Shown here piece by piece: positions 60,335 to 64,000 of a stretch of DNA of 64,000 nt. The stretch comes from Azolla caroliniana (Eukaryota > Plantae > Polypodiophyta), in contig JBHGNT010000006.1 in the NCBI GenBank assembly GCA_043228905.1, positions 1,736,001 to 1,800,000 of the forward strand, written 5' to 3'. Position 1 is the first letter of the stretch. The number at the start of each line of letters is the position of its first letter. The position numbers and the translations under genes were made by a program. The notes beneath the pieces are model-generated. The model made no database searches, had not been told where the DNA came from, and was given only the letters and a program-made list of their open reading frames with translations.

Positions 60335-61287
60335 TCACCATTGCCAAAGATCTCACCTCTTCACCTTTCTTGGCACATACCGGAGGATGTGCGGGTTTGG
60401 TGGGGGTGGATGTCGTGACGATTTTCGGCTACAGTGTGAAACCGAGTGAGACGAATAAACCAAGGATGTGCATCATTGCACATACACTTAGCAAATAAGC
60501 CTCCTAAGGCCTAGTGGCACTTGAGTTCATATAGAGGGGTGCAAGCAAGGTTTGAACCTTGCACCTCTAAGATACAAGATAATTGCCTTACCACTAGGAC
60601 AACTATCATATAGTGTAGATTTTATGTATTTACTTTTCATATATGTATTATAGATGAAACAACCATTAGAAAACCATGTGCACAAAACCATGGTCCTAAA
60701 CCCATGGTTTGTGCATGACATAAGCAAAACCGTGTGCACAAAACCATGGTTTTAGCCCATGGTTTGTGCATGTCACAAGCATGGAAAGACCTATAAAAGC
60801 CTCTAGTTGGGCTTGTGTAAGGGGGGCTCAATATGTGATATCACCAACACCACTATCATCAATATAATTATATTTGTCTTTATCTTCTTCATGTTTTTCT
60901 ACTTCTCAAGTGTACAATCTTTCTTCTTCTCAAGTGAACAAATTTCATCCAATCTTACATTAATCGTCATCTAGCATCGATAATTCTGCGAACGTCCTCC
61001 CCAGTCCAAGACCCCAGTGGTCGCTCGAGTAGCACACGCACACGCGAATCTTCGCGACAGCGTAATGCTTTCATGTTTGATAATAGAGATGGGGTGAAAG
61101 CCTATATAAAGAAGCTTAAAAGTATTCTCATGTGGAATTTTTGGATGTTAGAGCATGTGGGGATCATTTCCTCAAATGCATATACAGAACGTCCCTCTCC
61201 CTACATAGGCATATGATAGGTAGAGTAGACTAAGAAGTGTTGTAACTAAGTGGATTTTACATACAATTAATATAATTGTGTGCTTTT

Positions 61288-61322
<35 letters not shown>

Positions 61323-61326
61323 CACA

Positions 61327-62020
61327 TGAGTCTCTTGGATGGCTATCATCTAAGTCTGAAGAAGAATGGAAAATATACAAATATGATAATGGGTGGTGGC
61401 AGATCTTACAACGTAGTTGGCATTCTAAATTTCCACTTGTAGCAAAGGTCTTCATTTGGAGAGTTTGATGGGAGGGTTGCCTTTGGGATTAGCTCTAAAG
61501 CGTCGTGAACTAGCAACGGGTAATTGCTTTTTTTGCATTGTTCAAATAGAAGATAATACTTATCGATTTATACAATGTCCGATTGCTTGTCAGATTTGGA
61601 GTTACATTTCTTAAATTTGCCAAGTTTTATCGCAGTGTTATTTGACATTTAGACAGTGGGTGTTTGCACAATTTACACAGGTTGACCCAAAATCAGAGAT
61701 GGAGATTGTTTTTCTATTTATGAGATATTGGGGATTGCGTCATAATTGGAACATGCGCAAAACTTTTTTATTCGATGGTAAACATGGAGTGAAAGCATAT
61801 CTACGAAAGTTGAAGGGAGTACTAATGTGACAATTTTTTCTTTATTAGAGCAAGTGGAAATTCTTTCCTTGGTGGAGTGTTTGTCTTGCCTATTGGCAAT
61901 TCAACATGTTCCACTACCCATGTAGTGTAGTTAATGGGTGACCATACTCCATTGTCACACCAATAATAAATAGTGTTTTTTACACACATTTATTAATATA
62001 ATTGTGTGTTTTCACCAAAA
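61327..62020 (+). mobile_element. 5'-truncated L1-type LINE (zf-RVT + 3' end) with 24-bp TSD
   Basis: SWHSKFPLVAKVFIWRV..GLPLG..CFFC..FIQCPIACQIW. Its 3' end ATTAATATAATTGTGTG.TTT.ACCA is shared with the large LINE. TSD (AG)8TATTCACA at 61303-61326 and 62021-62044. Confidence 0.88.
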
Positions 62021-62593
62021 AGAGAGAGAGAGAGAGTATTCACAAGAAAATAATAACTCACAACTAACAAGGGAGAGGAGAAAGTGTTTATCTAGTCACC
62101 TTCTCTCTATATTCTTTTACTACATCTACCTCATGGGAAATAGGAGGGAACTTAACTACCTACAAATCATGTGTCATACAAGTTAAATCTTATGAAACAT
62201 TAGTTATATTACGTAGTGGTGGAGGTGTGTCAACACACTTTGTGGTCTTAGGGTGTATTCACACCATAGGGAAGTTGAGTTTGATTCTCAACACAATATG
62301 GTAAGTATTCTATAACACATAATCTCATTCTCAAATAATGCAAGAAGATCCACACACGCTTAAAATGTTTGATGAAAATATGGAGTGATGGACATTTGCA
62401 ATCTCATAATTTTGATCCATTTTGCTCACTACACAAGTGCATTCAACACCAACACGGTTACAAATGTTTAAGACATGCCATTGCCCTACTAAGGATATTG
62501 TATTAGTGGGATAAAGTGTCTCATTCTGTTTTGTCCATGTACAGTTTTCAAGTAATATACTAAGGCGAATTTTTCAAAAAAGAGAGAGTATAT

Positions 62594-62750
62594 TATGGGG
62601 ATTGTCTTCATATACTAGTGTATGTCATTAAAGGCATATGAATTGAGAAGAAGGCATAATTAGTGAAATACAAGGCAAACATATGATGGGGATTGTCTTC
62701 ATATACTAGTGTATGTCATCACAGGCATATGAATTGAGAAGAAGGCATAA
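62594..62750. repeat. Tandem duplication, about 90 bp period x2
   Basis: ATGGGGATTGTCTTCATATACTAGTGTATGTCAT..AGGCATATGAATTGAGAAGAAGGCATAA occurs twice. Confidence 0.85.
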
Positions 62751-64000
62751 AAGAAGCAAGCTTATGCGTATAAAATCAAATCTTGTTTTAAGGGTTTTGT
62801 TAATTATTGGTTGGACATGCTTGACTTTGTAAAGATCAAGAAGGAATAGAGGTCCTCTCCCTTTCTTGAGTCAATGGGCCTCCACATAAGATGGAACTAT
62901 TACGTCCCTACTAGGATTCATATATAACATTCTCATATGCAAAATTTTATAACTAACAGAAGGAGTTTTTTTTGTTGGAAAAACGAAGAACGAACAGAGG
63001 TTTTCCCTATGCAATATTGAAATTATAGAGGTTTTCCCTTTATATACCTTAATTAAAAAGGTATTGTTAGAATTATCATTATATGCTACTTTATGTAAGG
63101 AAAAGCATAATAATCAAGGTGAAAAACGACAAAGAATAGATGAATGTGATGCCCCCTTAGATAAATAGGCAGATTGATAGTCGTCATCTTTGTAAGTTTG
63201 TATGACATGGGTGACCACACCATTCACTAAGGTCAACAACGTTAGTTGGACAACTAGACAAGGACATTAAAAGTTTATACCATATATTCTAATAGTTTAA
63301 AAATGTTTCCTCTCTTTCTCTTTTCCTTGGTCTTAGTGGGACATTTCATAACATACTCCAATTTTATTTATGTTTCTACACCAAAATTCACTTCATTACA
63401 TACTCAATATTGTTTTTTGTCATGTTTCAACATCGATTTAAGTTATAGAAAGTTTCAAACCAAAGTTGGTGATCTTTGCTACATCTATGGTTTGTTTTTC
63501 TTTGTCCGAAAGAGGCTTGTGATGACCATGGGCGCTGACAGTGAGATGGTAAGTGAAGCTCTATCATTGATGTTTAACTAGGAAAGCAATTATCAATCTA
63601 TATTGTCTACTTGACAATAATATATTGTCATTTCACATGTGATGATCTCTACCTCATTTATGTATACTCCATAAAGGCTTCTATCTTTAGATCACCTTGA
63701 AAGAATACTTCTAACAATGTGGTCATTAATGCATACACTGGCATATTCTTTGGTTGCAGTATCCCTATGAGGATTAATCATTCCAATCTAGAATATTGGT
63801 CATAGGCCAATTGAACTGCTCTTTATTATGTGGCATAACTAACAGGCAATGGCCTTGTAATATAAAAGAGATTTTTAAGCTTTCCAACCTATATAAATTG
63901 TGACACACTCATGTAAAAAGGGCTTTTTGGTGCCCCAACTTAAATCTATCATTTCGTTATCATTCTTTTACATTCCCATTAGTTAGGAGAGATTTTTACA

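Larger units (their letters stand above)
58152..61059 (+). mobile_element. Non-autonomous Gag-only LTR retroelement nested in the LINE; 5' LTR mostly deleted
   Basis: 5' LTR remnant 58152-58175 (..CGCGAACCTTCGCGACA) matches the 3' LTR end (..CGCGAATCTTCGCGACA, 61059). PBS at 58181-58198, PPT at about 60393-60410, 3' LTR 60411-61059 with TGTCG..CGACA termini. Confidence 0.85.
54393..61290 (+). mobile_element. Near full-length L1-type LINE (ORF1 + APE-RT ORF2), degenerate, interrupted by an LTR element and flanked by (GA)n
   Basis: ORF1 at about 54610-55889 has a CFDCGKLGHFMAEC zinc knuckle. ORF2 starts at ATG 56015 (MKVISWNVRG) with GIYAPN, MGDFN, WRPISL, DLEKAYDHVNW, RQGCPLSPLLF and LADD. 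It resumes at 61060 with RNAFMFDNRDGVKAYIKKLK. (GA)n at 54359-54392 and 61291-61318. Confidence 0.92.

Overview
Eukaryotic nuclear DNA from a land plant. AT-rich introns, degenerate intronic tandem arrays and the TE mix suggest a fern or other seed-free plant; that assignment is inference. I reconstructed five spliced genes by hand from GT-AG junctions: a 5'-partial GDAP2-type macro + CRAL-TRIO gene (+), a calcineurin B-like calcium sensor (+), a small putatively plastid-targeted protein (-), a HIPP-type HMA/CaaX protein (+) and a TEY-type MAP kinase (-). The intergenic space holds Copia, Gypsy and LINE relics. The strongest signal is four non-LTR insertions (a near full-length L1-type LINE, two 5'-truncated relatives and a dimeric tRNA-derived SINE) that all sit inside (GA)n microsatellites in the same orientation. 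Two of them duplicate GA plus unique flanking bases, which points to a (GA)n-targeting LINE/SINE system. Also notable are a Gag-only LTR element with a tRNA-Trp primer site nested in the large LINE, an in-frame upstream exon that gives the CBL two possible N-termini, and locus-specific tandem arrays in 5'-proximal introns. Most ORFs in the supplied track are spurious or exon read-throughs.
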